Part shown: piece by piece, positions 1-9,823 of the stretch
Layout: each line of letters opens with the position of its first letter
Position numbering within the stretch: position 1 is the stretch's first letter
From: Bacillota bacterium
Lineage (GTDB): Bacteria > Bacillota_I > Bacilli_A > RF39 > UBA660
Direction: 5' to 3'
Assembly (NCBI GenBank): GCA_015059485.1
Contig: SVAH01000005.1
Span: 621-64,620 of the forward strand
Length of the DNA: 64,000 nucleotides
Position numbers and translations under genes: made by a program
Notes under the pieces: model-generated
Told to the model about the DNA's origin: nothing
Database searches by the model: none
Seen by the model: only the letters and a program-made list of their open reading frames with translations

Positions 1-21
1 TTTTTTTTCTAATTCTTCCAT
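1..21 (-). CDS. 5' end of a gene running off the left edge (MEELEKK...)
   Basis: ATG at 21 on minus strand, AGGTG SD just upstream, directly after the stop of the 32..280 gene. Confidence 0.5.
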
Positions 22-31
22 AGTTACACCT

Positions 32-280
32 TTATCCCTTTATAATACTCTGTATATACCTTATAATATCAGCTTTTTCATTATTATTAATATCTGTATA
101 TATAATACTTCCATTTTCATCTTCAAGTATTTTAACAGCATATAAATTAGATGTATCATTATTATTATCAATAGAGTAGATTGCATACTTATTATTTTCA
201 TTATTGTAAATATTAAGTATTTCAACTTCTTTTATTTCTCCATCTGGAGTTTTAACTTTAATAGTATTTATTTCGTTCAT
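32..280 (-). CDS. small acidic hypothetical protein, DUF1292-like
   Basis: GGAGG SD at 287-292 places the start at 280 (MNEINTIKV...); KEVEIL...KYAIY pattern resembles DUF1292. Confidence 0.6.
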   Translation of the reverse strand: MNEINTIKVKTPDGEIKEVEILNIYNNENNKYAIYSIDNNNDTSNLYAVKILEDENGSIIYTDINNNEKADIIRYIQSIIKG

Positions 281-331
281 ATATAATCCTCCATATTGTA
301 TATACAATTTTAACACAAAAAAAGTCAATTT

Positions 332-859
332 TCAATTTGACTTTTTCTCTTTATTAAATTTTTCCCAAAGATTTTCATCTGGTAACCATTGTATATTCTT
401 TCTTTTTTCTAAATATTCATCAAATGATTCAATGACTTTAGCTGGTACCCCAGCAACAACACTATTATCTGGTATATCTTTAGTAACTACTGAACCAGCA
501 GCTATTATTACGTTAGAACCGATTTTAATGTTTGGCAAAATGGTTGAATTTGCGCCAATAAAAACATTATTCATAACTTCAATACAACCATCATTGTATT
601 GAAATACTCCATTATTTAAATTGTTTAACATATAATGAGATATATCATGTGTTATAAATGTAACATTTGATGCAACAACAACATTATCATGAAAACTAAT
701 TAATTCAGGATCTGATGGAATAAACCTTGGCTGAAAGAAAAAGTTAGAACCAACATTATGAAATATTTTATGATTTACAATATATTTAGTTCGTTTTTTA
801 CTTTCAAATATTAATGCAATTCTTAATCTTTTTAATTGTTTTTTGGTGTAGAACTTCAT
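332..859 (-). CDS. hexapeptide-repeat (LbH) O-acyltransferase
   Basis: VFIGANSTILPNIKIGSNVIIAAGSVVTKDIP...VAGVPAK is the typical C-terminus of the CAT/LacA/Maa family. Confidence 0.9.
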   Translation of the reverse strand: MKFYTKKQLKRLRIALIFESKKRTKYIVNHKIFHNVGSNFFFQPRFIPSDPELISFHDNVVVASNVTFITHDISHYMLNNLNNGVFQYNDGCIEVMNNVFIGANSTILPNIKIGSNVIIAAGSVVTKDIPDNSVVAGVPAKVIESFDEYLEKRKNIQWLPDENLWEKFNKEKKSN

Positions 860-1374
860 TATACATTCTCCTTTTGTTTTTTCTTTTTACTTGCATATAT
901 AACTACGATTACTACTGTCAAAATATATGCAAAAGCTATAAAAGCAATAAATATTAATATTTTAAAAATTAGTGCTAATATTTTTTTAGGATTAATATTT
1001 TCAAATAGAGTAGTATTAATAATCTTATATGAATTATCTATTTCCTTTAAATCAAAATATACATTTATGCCTTTAATGCTCCAGTTTGTTCCAGAAGCTG
1101 CAATGTTAGCCTTGATTTTATATGTATTATTATTTTCTTTAATATTTTTAATTTCATAATCAATATGCAATGAGTTTAAATAATGAGTAATATTATCATA
1201 TAATTCTTTGTTAGAATCGTCAATATAATCATATGCACATTTGTCATTAGTATTTATACATGTAATAAACTGATCAAAAGAATTAGCAATTTTTTGATCA
1301 TTATAATCAGCATAAACATTACTTGTTATAAAAAAAATTATAAATAAAATTAATATTTTTTTCAAACTAATCAC
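859..1374 (-). CDS. secreted or membrane-anchored hypothetical protein
   Basis: N-terminal signal peptide (…VYA) and C-terminal TM helix with a basic tail; translationally coupled to its neighbours. Confidence 0.75.
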   Translation of the reverse strand: MISLKKILILFIIFFITSNVYADYNDQKIANSFDQFITCINTNDKCAYDYIDDSNKELYDNITHYLNSLHIDYEIKNIKENNNTYKIKANIAASGTNWSIKGINVYFDLKEIDNSYKIINTTLFENINPKKILALIFKILIFIAFIAFAYILTVVIVVIYASKKKKQKENV

Positions 1375-2057
1375 CTGACCTTACTAGTACCATCTTTATA
1401 GTTAATATTTACTCCATCTTGAACATTATAAACATATATATTAAATTTAATTCCTTCGCCGTTATCTTCAATTGATAATCCTTCCATTTGTACACCACTT
1501 GCAAGTAAGTTATCATTTTCATAGTAAGGAGTTACTCTATATAAAACGTGATTATGTGTCTTTTTAATATAATTAGCTACTTTATTTTCATATTCTAACA
1601 TAGTTCCAGTATTCATTTGTCTTGTACAAGTTATTAGGTTTTTATTATTTGCATTCTCACCGGTTAATTGATAGCCAATTAAATGACATCTATTATATAA
1701 ATATTTTCCTTCAATAAAATCATACTTTATAGTTTGCCAACCACTAGGTTTAATCATTCCGATACTGTCACGTTTTTCTTTTGGCATAATAGAATTATCA
1801 ATGTTTGCTATTGCAACCCCACATCTTTTTAAAGAATCAAGTTCACTATATTCTTCAAAAGACTTTGTATTAAGTAATTCATCACTAAACTTTGGTATAT
1901 TATTATCTATTATTATATAATCATTACCATTATATTTTGGAATATTACTCATTGCATAAGATACAAATTTATCTTTATCTTGTTCAATATAAAAGCAATA
2001 CGTTATTAATAGAGAAACAATTAAAACGAAGATTTTGTAAAAAAAATTTTTTTTCAT
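1371..2057 (-). CDS. membrane-anchored DNA/RNA non-specific endonuclease (EndA/DNA-entry nuclease-like)
   Basis: N-terminal TM; YSELDSLKRCG, YNRCHLIG and NLITCTRQMN beta-beta-alpha-metal motifs; HVLYRVTP. Confidence 0.9.
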   Translation of the reverse strand: MKKNFFYKIFVLIVSLLITYCFYIEQDKDKFVSYAMSNIPKYNGNDYIIIDNNIPKFSDELLNTKSFEEYSELDSLKRCGVAIANIDNSIMPKEKRDSIGMIKPSGWQTIKYDFIEGKYLYNRCHLIGYQLTGENANNKNLITCTRQMNTGTMLEYENKVANYIKKTHNHVLYRVTPYYENDNLLASGVQMEGLSIEDNGEGIKFNIYVYNVQDGVNINYKDGTSKVR

Positions 2058-2113
2058 ATCTCACTACCTTTAATATAATTTTAAATAATAATTTAAAAAT
2101 AATCAATAAAATA

Positions 2114-2157
2114 TTGCATTTTTATTTATAATATGTTATTATTAAGTCGCATACGAC
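2114..2157 (+). promoter_or_regulatory. sigma-A promoter of the gpx operon with a downstream palindrome (possible OhrR operator)
   Basis: TTGCAT(2114-19)-N17-TATTAT(2137-42) with TG extension; GTCG-CATA-CGAC at 2146-2157. Confidence 0.55.
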
Positions 2158-2177
2158 ACAAAAGGAAGGAGAAAAGT

Positions 2178-2717
2178 ATGAAAATTTATGATTTGAAAGT
2201 TAAAAAAAGAAATGGAGAAGAATTTTCTTTATCAGAGTTAAAAGATAAAGTATTAGTAATTGTTAATACTGCAACAGGATGTGGATTTACTCCACAATAT
2301 AAAGGCTTAGAGGAGTTATATCAAAAATATCATGAAAAAGGATTAGAAATTTTAGATTTTCCATGTGATCAATTTGGACATCAAGCACCTGGATCGGATG
2401 ATGAAATACATGAATTTTGTACTATGAAGTATAATACAACATTCGATCAATTTTCTAAAGTAGATGTAAATGGTGAAAATGAAGAACCATTATTTACAAT
2501 ATTAAAAGAACAAGCTAAAAATGATGAAATAAGTGGACTTAAAGCTAAGATGGCTATGAAAGCTGTTGAAAAGCTAAGCAAAACTACTAAGAAACCTGGC
2601 GATATTAAATGGAACTTTACTAAATTCTTAGTAGATAAAGAAGGAAATGTAGTAAAAAGATATTCACCAACTTTTGAACCAGAAAAGATGGATGAAGATA
2701 TTGCCAATTTACTATAA
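2178..2717 (+). CDS. gpx: glutathione peroxidase family protein
   Basis: VNTATGCGFTPQY, FPCDQFGHQAPG and IKWNFTKFL motifs; AAGGAG SD before ATG 2178; active site is Cys (TGT), not Sec. Confidence 0.95.
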   Translation: MKIYDLKVKKRNGEEFSLSELKDKVLVIVNTATGCGFTPQYKGLEELYQKYHEKGLEILDFPCDQFGHQAPGSDDEIHEFCTMKYNTTFDQFSKVDVNGENEEPLFTILKEQAKNDEISGLKAKMAMKAVEKLSKTTKKPGDIKWNFTKFLVDKEGNVVKRYSPTFEPEKMDEDIANLL

Positions 2718-2726
2718 TGATTTATC

Positions 2727-3167
2727 ATGGATAAGTATGATTCATTAAAATTGGAAAAACAATTGTGTTTTCCGTTATATTTAGCATCAAAAGAAATAAT
2801 AAGACATTATACGCCATTTTTAGAAAAATTAAACTTAACTTATACTCAATATATAGTTATGTTATATTTATGGGAATATGAGCATACTAATGTTAAGAAA
2901 CTTGGTGAAACATTGATGTTAGAGTCAAACACTTTAACACCACTATTAAAAAAACTAGAAACTAAGAAATATATAAGTAGAACCAAGAATAAAAATGATG
3001 AAAGAAATATAGATATAGAATTAACTGATTTAGGCAAATCTTTAAAAGATGAGGCTTTAGAAGTTCCACAAAAAATGGGAAAATGTATTAATCTTACAGG
3101 TGAAGAAGCAATTACTTTATATAAGCTTGTTTATAAAGTGTTAGCTAATGTAGAAGGGAGCAAATAA
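2727..3167 (+). CDS. ohrR: MarR family organic hydroperoxide sensor regulator
   Basis: LEKQLCFPLY N-terminal redox-Cys motif, LTYTQYIVM, TLTPLLKKLE, DER. Confidence 0.85.
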   Translation: MDKYDSLKLEKQLCFPLYLASKEIIRHYTPFLEKLNLTYTQYIVMLYLWEYEHTNVKKLGETLMLESNTLTPLLKKLETKKYISRTKNKNDERNIDIELTDLGKSLKDEALEVPQKMGKCINLTGEEAITLYKLVYKVLANVEGSK

Positions 3168-3168
3168 T

Positions 3169-4086
3169 ATGTATGATATTATAATAATTGGAGCAGGTCC
3201 TGCTGGACTTACTTCAGCTATTTATGGAAAAAGAGCTGGTAAAAAAACTTTAGTTTTGGAAGCAAGAAGTTATGGTGGACAAATCATTAATACATTAAAG
3301 ATAGAAAATTATCCAGTTGCACCACATATTTCAGGATTTGATTTTGCTACTAATTTGTATAATCAAGTAAAAGAATTAGGAGTAGATATTAATTTTGAAA
3401 GGGTAACTGGTATTAATGATAAAGGCGATTATAAAGAAGTAATTACAAGTAAGAACACCTATGAAGCTAAAACTGTAATAATTGCAACTGGTTCACAAAA
3501 TAAGAAACTTGGATTACCAGAAGAAAATAAACTAATTGGAAAAGGTATATCTTATTGTGCAACATGTGATGGAGCTTTTTACAAAGAAAAAGTAGTTGCA
3601 GTAGTAGGTGGAGGTAACACTGCTGTTGAAGATGCTATATACCTTTCAAATGTAGCAAATAAAGTTTATTTAATTCATAGACGTGATGAATTTAGAGCAG
3701 AAGAAAACTTAGTTAACGAATTAAAAGAAAAAGATAACATAGAAATAATATATAATAGTCAAGTTACTAAAATAAATACTGATGATAAAATTACAAGTAT
3801 TGAAGTTACTAATAAAGATGGTAATAATAAAATATTAGATATTGATGGTTTATTTGTTGCTATTGGTAGAAATCCTGAAAATGAAAGTTTTGAAGGATTA
3901 ATTGAACAAGATGAAGCTGGTTATATTATATCGCATGAAGATTGTCATACTAATGTTGATGGAATTTTTGTAGCTGGTGATAATCGTAAAAAAGATGTAA
4001 GACAACTTGTTACAGCTACTAGTGATGGCGCAATTGCTGCTACTGAAGCTATTAAGTATATTAATAGTAAGAAAGAAGGAAAATAA
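3169..4086 (+). CDS. trxB: thioredoxin-disulfide reductase
   Basis: GAGPAG FAD site, CATCDG, GGGNTAVE and GIFVAGD motifs. Confidence 0.95.
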   Translation: MYDIIIIGAGPAGLTSAIYGKRAGKKTLVLEARSYGGQIINTLKIENYPVAPHISGFDFATNLYNQVKELGVDINFERVTGINDKGDYKEVITSKNTYEAKTVIIATGSQNKKLGLPEENKLIGKGISYCATCDGAFYKEKVVAVVGGGNTAVEDAIYLSNVANKVYLIHRRDEFRAEENLVNELKEKDNIEIIYNSQVTKINTDDKITSIEVTNKDGNNKILDIDGLFVAIGRNPENESFEGLIEQDEAGYIISHEDCHTNVDGIFVAGDNRKKDVRQLVTATSDGAIAATEAIKYINSKKEGK

Positions 4087-4088
4087 TA

Positions 4089-4847
4089 ATGTTTGACTTA
4101 AAAGGAAGAGTAGCTGTTATAACAGGCGCATCATCTGGTCTTGGTAAACAAATGGCACAAGCGTATGCTAAACAAGGCGCAAACTTAGCTATACTTGCAA
4201 GAAGAGTAGAAAAACTAGAAGAACTAAAAAAAGAGTTACAAGAGTATAATGTTGATATTATTTCAGTAAAATGTGATGTTACATCAACAGAAGATATAAA
4301 AAAAGCTGCACAAATAGTAGAAGAAAAATTTGGCAAAGTAGATATTTTAGTTAACTGTGCTGGTTCTTCAAAAGATGCTGGAGTATTAGAAATGACTGAT
4401 GATGAATGGGATTTTACTATAAATACAGATCTTACGTCAGTGTTTAAAGTAACTAGAGCTTTTGCTAATATAATGAAAAAAAATAATTATGGAAGAATTA
4501 TAAATATTGCATCAATGTATGGACTTGTTGGAAATGATGAAATACCAACAATAGCGTATCATGCATCAAAAGGTGGAGTAGTAAACTTTACTCGTGCTGC
4601 AGCAGCAGAACTTGCTAAATACAATATTACAGTAAACACAATATGTCCTGGATACTTTTATACAGAACTTACAACAGAAGTTTTAAAAACTGATAGGTTC
4701 CAAGAATTTGCTAAATCACATGTTCCAATGAAAAGATATGGAGAATATGGAGAATTAAATGCTGGAGCTATATTCTTAGCAAGTGATGAAGCATCTTATG
4801 TAACTGGAGTAATACTTCCGATTGATGGAGGATATACTTGCGTATAG
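4089..4847 (+). CDS. short-chain dehydrogenase/reductase (gluconate 5-dehydrogenase-like)
   Basis: TGASSGLG, YHASK catalytic motif and NTICPG. Confidence 0.92.
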   Translation: MFDLKGRVAVITGASSGLGKQMAQAYAKQGANLAILARRVEKLEELKKELQEYNVDIISVKCDVTSTEDIKKAAQIVEEKFGKVDILVNCAGSSKDAGVLEMTDDEWDFTINTDLTSVFKVTRAFANIMKKNNYGRIINIASMYGLVGNDEIPTIAYHASKGGVVNFTRAAAAELAKYNITVNTICPGYFYTELTTEVLKTDRFQEFAKSHVPMKRYGEYGELNAGAIFLASDEASYVTGVILPIDGGYTCV

Positions 4848-5196
4848 TATATTCTTTTTTTATGCACTTTACACGAAATTGACAAAAGCGCTGAAAAATA
4901 ATATTATTGGTTTATATAGCTTTGAACAGTTTAATTTATTTAATGAAATGCTAAATGGATACGAAGAATCGTTTGAAAAAGGTGGTATATGCCCAACACA
5001 AGTATATCTTTATGCTAATAGAAAAGATAGTGTTTGGGAAAATCTAGATTTTTATCATCAAGATAACACACAACTACTTATAAATGTTAGTAATCAATAT
5101 GATTTAAAAAGACGGTTATCTTTGGGTTTACCAGTTGCATTTGAAGAATATTCTCAAGTATCTGACTGGTTAGAGTCAATGAATAATTTTAGATAG
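4822..5196 (+). CDS. hypothetical protein, start uncertain (possibly 4948) or gene remnant
   Basis: open frame with protein-like C-terminal half; no clear SD. Confidence 0.35.
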   Translation: MMEDILAYSIFFFYALYTKLTKALKNNIIGLYSFEQFNLFNEMLNGYEESFEKGGICPTQVYLYANRKDSVWENLDFYHQDNTQLLINVSNQYDLKRRLSLGLPVAFEEYSQVSDWLESMNNFR

Positions 5197-5205
5197 AAAA
5201 AATAA

Positions 5206-5247
5206 TTAGCACTCTTTATTGACAAGTGCTAATTATTTTTGTATAAT
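5206..5247 (+). promoter_or_regulatory. CIRCE (HrcA operator) overlapping a consensus sigma-A promoter of clpB
   Basis: TTAGCACTC-N9-AAGTGCTAA at 5206-5232 (1 mismatch to CIRCE); TTGACA(5219-24)-N17-TATAAT(5242-47). Confidence 0.92.
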
Positions 5248-5269
5248 ACCATCAGGTAGGTGATAAATT

Positions 5270-7372
5270 ATGTTTGATATGAATAATGAAGAAGAAGAAA
5301 ATGTTTTAGAAAAGTATGGACGTAATATTATCGAAGATGTAAAAAAAGGAAAAATTGATCCAGTTATTGGACGAGATGAAGAGATAAGAAGTATTACAAG
5401 AATACTTTCTAGAAAAACAAAAAACAATCCAGTTTTAATTGGTGAACCGGGTGTAGGTAAAACAGCAATTATCGAGGGATTAGCACTTAGAATTGTACGT
5501 GGAGATGTTCCAAGTTCTTTAAAAGATAAAACTATTTGGGAGTTAGATATGGCTGCTTTAATTGCGGGTGCTAAATATCGTGGTGAATTTGAAGAAAGAT
5601 TAAAAAAAGTTCTTAATGAAGTTAAGAAAAGTGATGGGGAAATCATCATGTTTATTGATGAAATCCACACTATAGTTGGGGCTGGTAATACTGAAGGTGC
5701 TATGGATACTTCAAATATTTTAAAACCAATGCTTGCTCGTGGAGAAATTCATGTAATTGGTGCAACAACATTAAATGAATATAGAAAATATATTGAAAAA
5801 GATGGAGCGCTTGAAAGAAGATTTCAAAAAATTAAAGTGTCAGAGCCAACAGTTGAAGATACAATTACTATACTTCGTGGATTAAAAGAGAGATTTGAAG
5901 TACATCATGGTGTTACTATTTCAGACAAAGCACTAATATCAGCAGCAACATTATCTAATAGATACATTACAGATAGATATTTACCTGATAAAGCAATAGA
6001 TTTAGTTGATGAAGCGTGTGCAACTATAAGAGTACAAATGGATAGTGTACCAACTAGTTTAGATGCACTTACACGTAAAATTATGAGACTTGAAATAGAG
6101 AAACAAGCAATAAAGAAAGAAAAAGATGAATTATCTAAGAAAAGATTAGAAGATATAGAAACTGAGTTAAAAGATTTAAAAGAAAAAGAATCTAAATTAA
6201 AAGAAGATTGGAATAGAGAAAAAGATATTATTAATACAATAAAAACTAAGAAAAAAGAATTAGAACAAGCTAAATTTGATTTAGAACAGGCTGAAAATAC
6301 TTATGATTTAGAAAGCGCAGCAGTTCTTCGCCATGGTAAAATACCAGAGTTAGAGAAAGAAATAACAGAACTAAAACATAAAGATGAAACAAAACTTTTA
6401 AGTGATAATGTTGATTCAAATGATATAGCTAAAGTAATATCTACATGGACAAATATCCCAATATCTAAATTAATAAGCAGTGAAAAAGAAAAATTATTAC
6501 ACTTGGAAGAAAATATGAAAAAAAGAGTAATGGGTCAAGATGAAGCTTTAAAACTTGTATCAGATGCAATTTTAAGAAGTAGAAGTGGAATTAAAGATCC
6601 TAATAAGCCTATTGGATCATTCATATTCTTAGGACCAACTGGAGTAGGAAAAACAGAAGTAGCAAGAACACTTGCATATGAGTTATTTGATGATGAAAAA
6701 CATATGATTAGAATTGATATGTCTGAATATATGGAAAAATTTTCAACTGCTCGTTTAATTGGAGCTCCTCCAGGATATGTGGGATATGAAGAAGGTGGAC
6801 AATTAACTGAAGCAGTAAGACGTAATCCTTATTCAATAGTGTTATTTGATGAAATAGAAAAAGCACATCCTGAAGTATTAAATTTACTTTTACAAATACT
6901 TGATGATGGTAGAATTACAGATTCTAATGGTAGAACAGTAGATTTTAAAAATACTATTATTATAATGACATCCAATGTTGGAAGTGAACATATATTAGAT
7001 GGAGAAGATGAAAAAGTTTTTGATGAATTAAAAAAATATTTTAGACCAGAATTTATAAATCGTATTGATGAAATAATATTATTTAATAAGTTAAATAAAG
7101 ATTCTATTAAATTAATATTAGATAAGATTATTAAAGATATTGAATTTAGATTAAAAAATTCTGATATAAAAATAGAACTTACTGATGCTGCAATTAATTC
7201 TATGATAGATGAAGGCTATGATATTAATTTTGGCGCAAGACCATTAAAAAGACTTGTAAGTAGAATAATAGAAACTAATTTGTCAAAAATGATAATAGCC
7301 GATGAAGTTAAATTTGGAAGTATCATAGAAATTGATTATCAAAATAATAAGTATATATTTAAAGTAAAATAG
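5270..7372 (+). CDS. clpB: ClpB chaperone lacking the N-terminal domain
   Basis: two AAA+ modules ([16 protein letters not shown]), coiled-coil M domain, GYVGYEEGG; sequence begins just before the conserved LEKYG. Confidence 0.93.
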   Translation: MFDMNNEEEENVLEKYGRNIIEDVKKGKIDPVIGRDEEIRSITRILSRKTKNNPVLIGEPGVGKTAIIEGLALRIVRGDVPSSLKDKTIWELDMAALIAGAKYRGEFEERLKKVLNEVKKSDGEIIMFIDEIHTIVGAGNTEGAMDTSNILKPMLARGEIHVIGATTLNEYRKYIEKDGALERRFQKIKVSEPTVEDTITILRGLKERFEVHHGVTISDKALISAATLSNRYITDRYLPDKAIDLVDEACATIRVQMDSVPTSLDALTRKIMRLEIEKQAIKKEKDELSKKRLEDIETELKDLKEKESKLKEDWNREKDIINTIKTKKKELEQAKFDLEQAENTYDLESAAVLRHGKIPELEKEITELKHKDETKLLSDNVDSNDIAKVISTWTNIPISKLISSEKEKLLHLEENMKKRVMGQDEALKLVSDAILRSRSGIKDPNKPIGSFIFLGPTGVGKTEVARTLAYELFDDEKHMIRIDMSEYMEKFSTARLIGAPPGYVGYEEGGQLTEAVRRNPYSIVLFDEIEKAHPEVLNLLLQILDDGRITDSNGRTVDFKNTIIIMTSNVGSEHILDGEDEKVFDELKKYFRPEFINRIDEIILFNKLNKDSIKLILDKIIKDIEFRLKNSDIKIELTDAAINSMIDEGYDINFGARPLKRLVSRIIETNLSKMIIADEVKFGSIIEIDYQNNKYIFKVK

Positions 7373-7379
7373 TATGTGT

Positions 7380-7407
7380 AAAACTTCGTAAAAATACGAA
7401 GTTTTTT
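7380..7407 (+). terminator. intrinsic terminator of clpB
   Basis: AAAACTTCGTA-AAAA-TACGAAGTTTT plus T tract. Confidence 0.85.
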
Positions 7408-7439
7408 AACTTTTAACTAAAAATAGATGAGTATATGAT

Positions 7440-7782
7440 ATGAACTTAGGAAATATTGTGGGAATAGAATTAAAAATTAAATTAGTTAATGGAAGAATTA
7501 AATCTGATTACCGAAGTTGTAAATGAAAATGGTCAGGACATTTTGAAAAGAAATATTATTTATACAGATTATGATTTTTTTTAAGATATAATACAAAGTA
7601 TGATTGATGTTTACTTGTCACGTAAAAGATTAGATAGAAAAGCAATGGAAACAGGTGGATATATTGGATACTTTAATGATAAAGGAATCAAAACTTTCTA
7701 TGAAGATTTAAATAAATATTTTGATACTTCAAGAAAAATTGATTTAAATCAATTTGATCAAAACGGAACTCATGGAAGGTAA
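7440..7782 (+). pseudogene. fragmented hypothetical gene remnant
   Basis: short interrupted protein-like frames (7440 MNLGNIVGIELK…, 7600..7782). Confidence 0.35.
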
Positions 7783-7891
7783 TGAGTGGTAAAAGAATGA
7801 TTGAAAATATTTGAAAAACATTTTTATGAAAAAATAGTAAAATGATAGATTATAATTGAATCTATCATTTTTTGCTTTATTATTATGTAAT

Positions 7892-7941
7892 AAAAAAGTC
7901 GAACTATAAAAGTTCAACTTAAATTTCAAATGGAGCGGGTG
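7892..7941 (-). repeat. tRNA-Gly-like 3' end (CACCCGCTCCA) plus terminator hairpin; copy 1 of an imperfect ~45-bp repeat
   Basis: minus strand: CACCCGCTCCA-N13-TTGAACTTTTATAGTTCGA-CTTTTTT; similar to 10925-10970. Confidence 0.7.
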
Positions 7942-8193
7942 GTTAAGTTATTTACAACTTTTCCATCACAATTAGGGATTGATACTTTTATCACAAATCT
8001 AGTTAGTTGCAACGAAAAAAGTTAAATTTAATAACTGCACTGAAGAAATTAGAAGTAATAAATACTAGTCTATTTAATTACATCTTATTCCTTTATAATC
8101 ATATTTTTTCAAATATATATTTTTAGAATTTATGATTATAGTTAATTGACTTTAAAAAGTAAAATATTATATAATTCATATGGAGGTAAAGAT

Positions 8194-8763
8194 ATGGAAA
8201 GAAAAAGAATTGAGATTGAAGCAAAATTTCCTTTACATAACAAAAAAGAAACAATATCAAAATTAAAAGAATTAGGTAAAACAATTGAAGAAAACAATTA
8301 TCAAAAGGATATATATTATACACCAGCACATGAGAATTTTCTTGAAAGAAAACCTATTTCAGAATGGCTTAGAATAAGAGATACAAAGGAAGAAAAAACT
8401 ATTAATTACAAAAATTGGAGTAATAATAATGGTAATAATAAAATTTCTTGTAAAGAAATTGAAATTGGAATAGATGACTATAATGGAATGATTGAAATGC
8501 TAAATGCACTAGATTTCAAGCAAATAATAGTTGTTGAAAAAACAAGAAACTCATTTGAATATAATAATATTGTTATATCCATTGATTCTATAGAAGATTT
8601 AGGTGATTTCATCGAATTAGAATTCAAAACAAATTTATATGATAATGAAGATGATAGCATGAAATACATTATGGATATTGTAGAAGAATTAAATATTAAA
8701 GTTGGTGAACAAGTATTTGCTGGATATCCTCAATTAGTAATGGAAAAAAAGAACTGTGTTTAA
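8194..8763 (+). CDS. CYTH-domain protein (class IV adenylate cyclase/CyaB-like)
   Basis: EIEAK N-terminal ExExK motif, QKDIYY, WLRIR, VEKTR, IDSIEDLGDFIELE and GYPQL; GGAGG SD before ATG 8194. Confidence 0.9.
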   Translation: MERKRIEIEAKFPLHNKKETISKLKELGKTIEENNYQKDIYYTPAHENFLERKPISEWLRIRDTKEEKTINYKNWSNNNGNNKISCKEIEIGIDDYNGMIEMLNALDFKQIIVVEKTRNSFEYNNIVISIDSIEDLGDFIELEFKTNLYDNEDDSMKYIMDIVEELNIKVGEQVFAGYPQLVMEKKNCV

Positions 8764-8777
8764 AAACACAGTTTTTA
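8752..8777. terminator. bidirectional terminator between the convergent CYTH and phosphorylase-fold genes
   Basis: AACTGTGTT…AACACAGTT hairpin flanked by A and T tracts. Confidence 0.7.
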
Positions 8778-9812
8778 TATATCCATCAAGCAATTTCCTA
8801 TTGTCTTAATTAATTTTTTTCTTTTAATTAGGACATCTTCTTTTCTTTCATTAGATAGGTCCTCTGAGAATTTTTTTGATAAATTGTCAGATATAATATG
8901 TAAATATGAATAATCAATTCCATTTTGCATTGCTGATTTAGCCATATGACCAATCTCTGGATCAACAAATGCAATTTCTTCCCTATTTTGTAGAACCCAT
9001 TCCTTTGTTTCTTGAATTATACTAGGTAATGTATAATGAATACCATTCTTGATAGCATCAGAATTAAAATCTTCAAATACATTGTTCCATTCAACAAAAC
9101 TACCATCAATAAATATACTTTTATTTCCTGTAGCAATTGTCTCATTTGGGGCATAGTTTTTATTTAATGTTCCAAGTTTTCCTACATATATAACTTTTTT
9201 TACGCCTTTTCGTGCTAAAGCGGCAACAATATAACCAGCAATATCTCCCCAGTAACTATGCTTACAACCAACTAATATTTTATCGTCTGTTATTCGCTTC
9301 CACAAAAAATCTCCTGTCCCAAGCCAATTTTCTGTATTAGACAAATACTCAAAACCTTGAACATATCCTAATATTATTGTTTTACATTTTGGTATCTCAT
9401 TTATATTAGAGCTCATTAATTTATTTTCAATTTGTTGAACTGTAGGAAATTGTACTGTAATTTTCTTTTTTATTCCTAATATAGCTAAATATGTTTTTAC
9501 TAGACTTGCATAATGATATACATAATCCATACCAGGATAACAATTAATTGTTGCAACAGCACCATTCACAAAAACTGTTGGTCGCTTATAATTGAAAGTT
9601 TTATCATTTTTTTCTTTAACAGAAATACCTTTAGTTCTATCATAATTACCTACAACACGTATTTCTGATATTGAATCACTAAAGATTATATCTTGTAATT
9701 TCATTTCAATATATTTTTCAAGTGATTGACCCATCGAATGGTTTTCAAAAGTTGCCATTGTATAACCTAAATCAACTATACTACTGTAATCTATTCCGTG
9801 ATAATCAAACAT
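8775..9812 (-). CDS. nucleoside phosphorylase / AMP nucleosidase-fold protein with an N-terminal extension
   Basis: C-terminal half has HSYWGDIAG, VIYVGKLGTL, VDPE (cf. VxME) and IISDN, the PNP/UDP/MTAN superfamily pattern. Confidence 0.65.
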   Translation of the reverse strand: MFDYHGIDYSSIVDLGYTMATFENHSMGQSLEKYIEMKLQDIIFSDSISEIRVVGNYDRTKGISVKEKNDKTFNYKRPTVFVNGAVATINCYPGMDYVYHYASLVKTYLAILGIKKKITVQFPTVQQIENKLMSSNINEIPKCKTIILGYVQGFEYLSNTENWLGTGDFLWKRITDDKILVGCKHSYWGDIAGYIVAALARKGVKKVIYVGKLGTLNKNYAPNETIATGNKSIFIDGSFVEWNNVFEDFNSDAIKNGIHYTLPSIIQETKEWVLQNREEIAFVDPEIGHMAKSAMQNGIDYSYLHIISDNLSKKFSEDLSNERKEDVLIKRKKLIKTIGNCLMDI

Positions 9813-9823
9813 TTAAAATCCCC

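Noticed and set aside
1371-2057. DNA-entry-like nuclease as partner of the Tad locus for natural competence
   Set aside because: About 50 kb apart and no comEA/comEC in the window, so no sequence support for a link.
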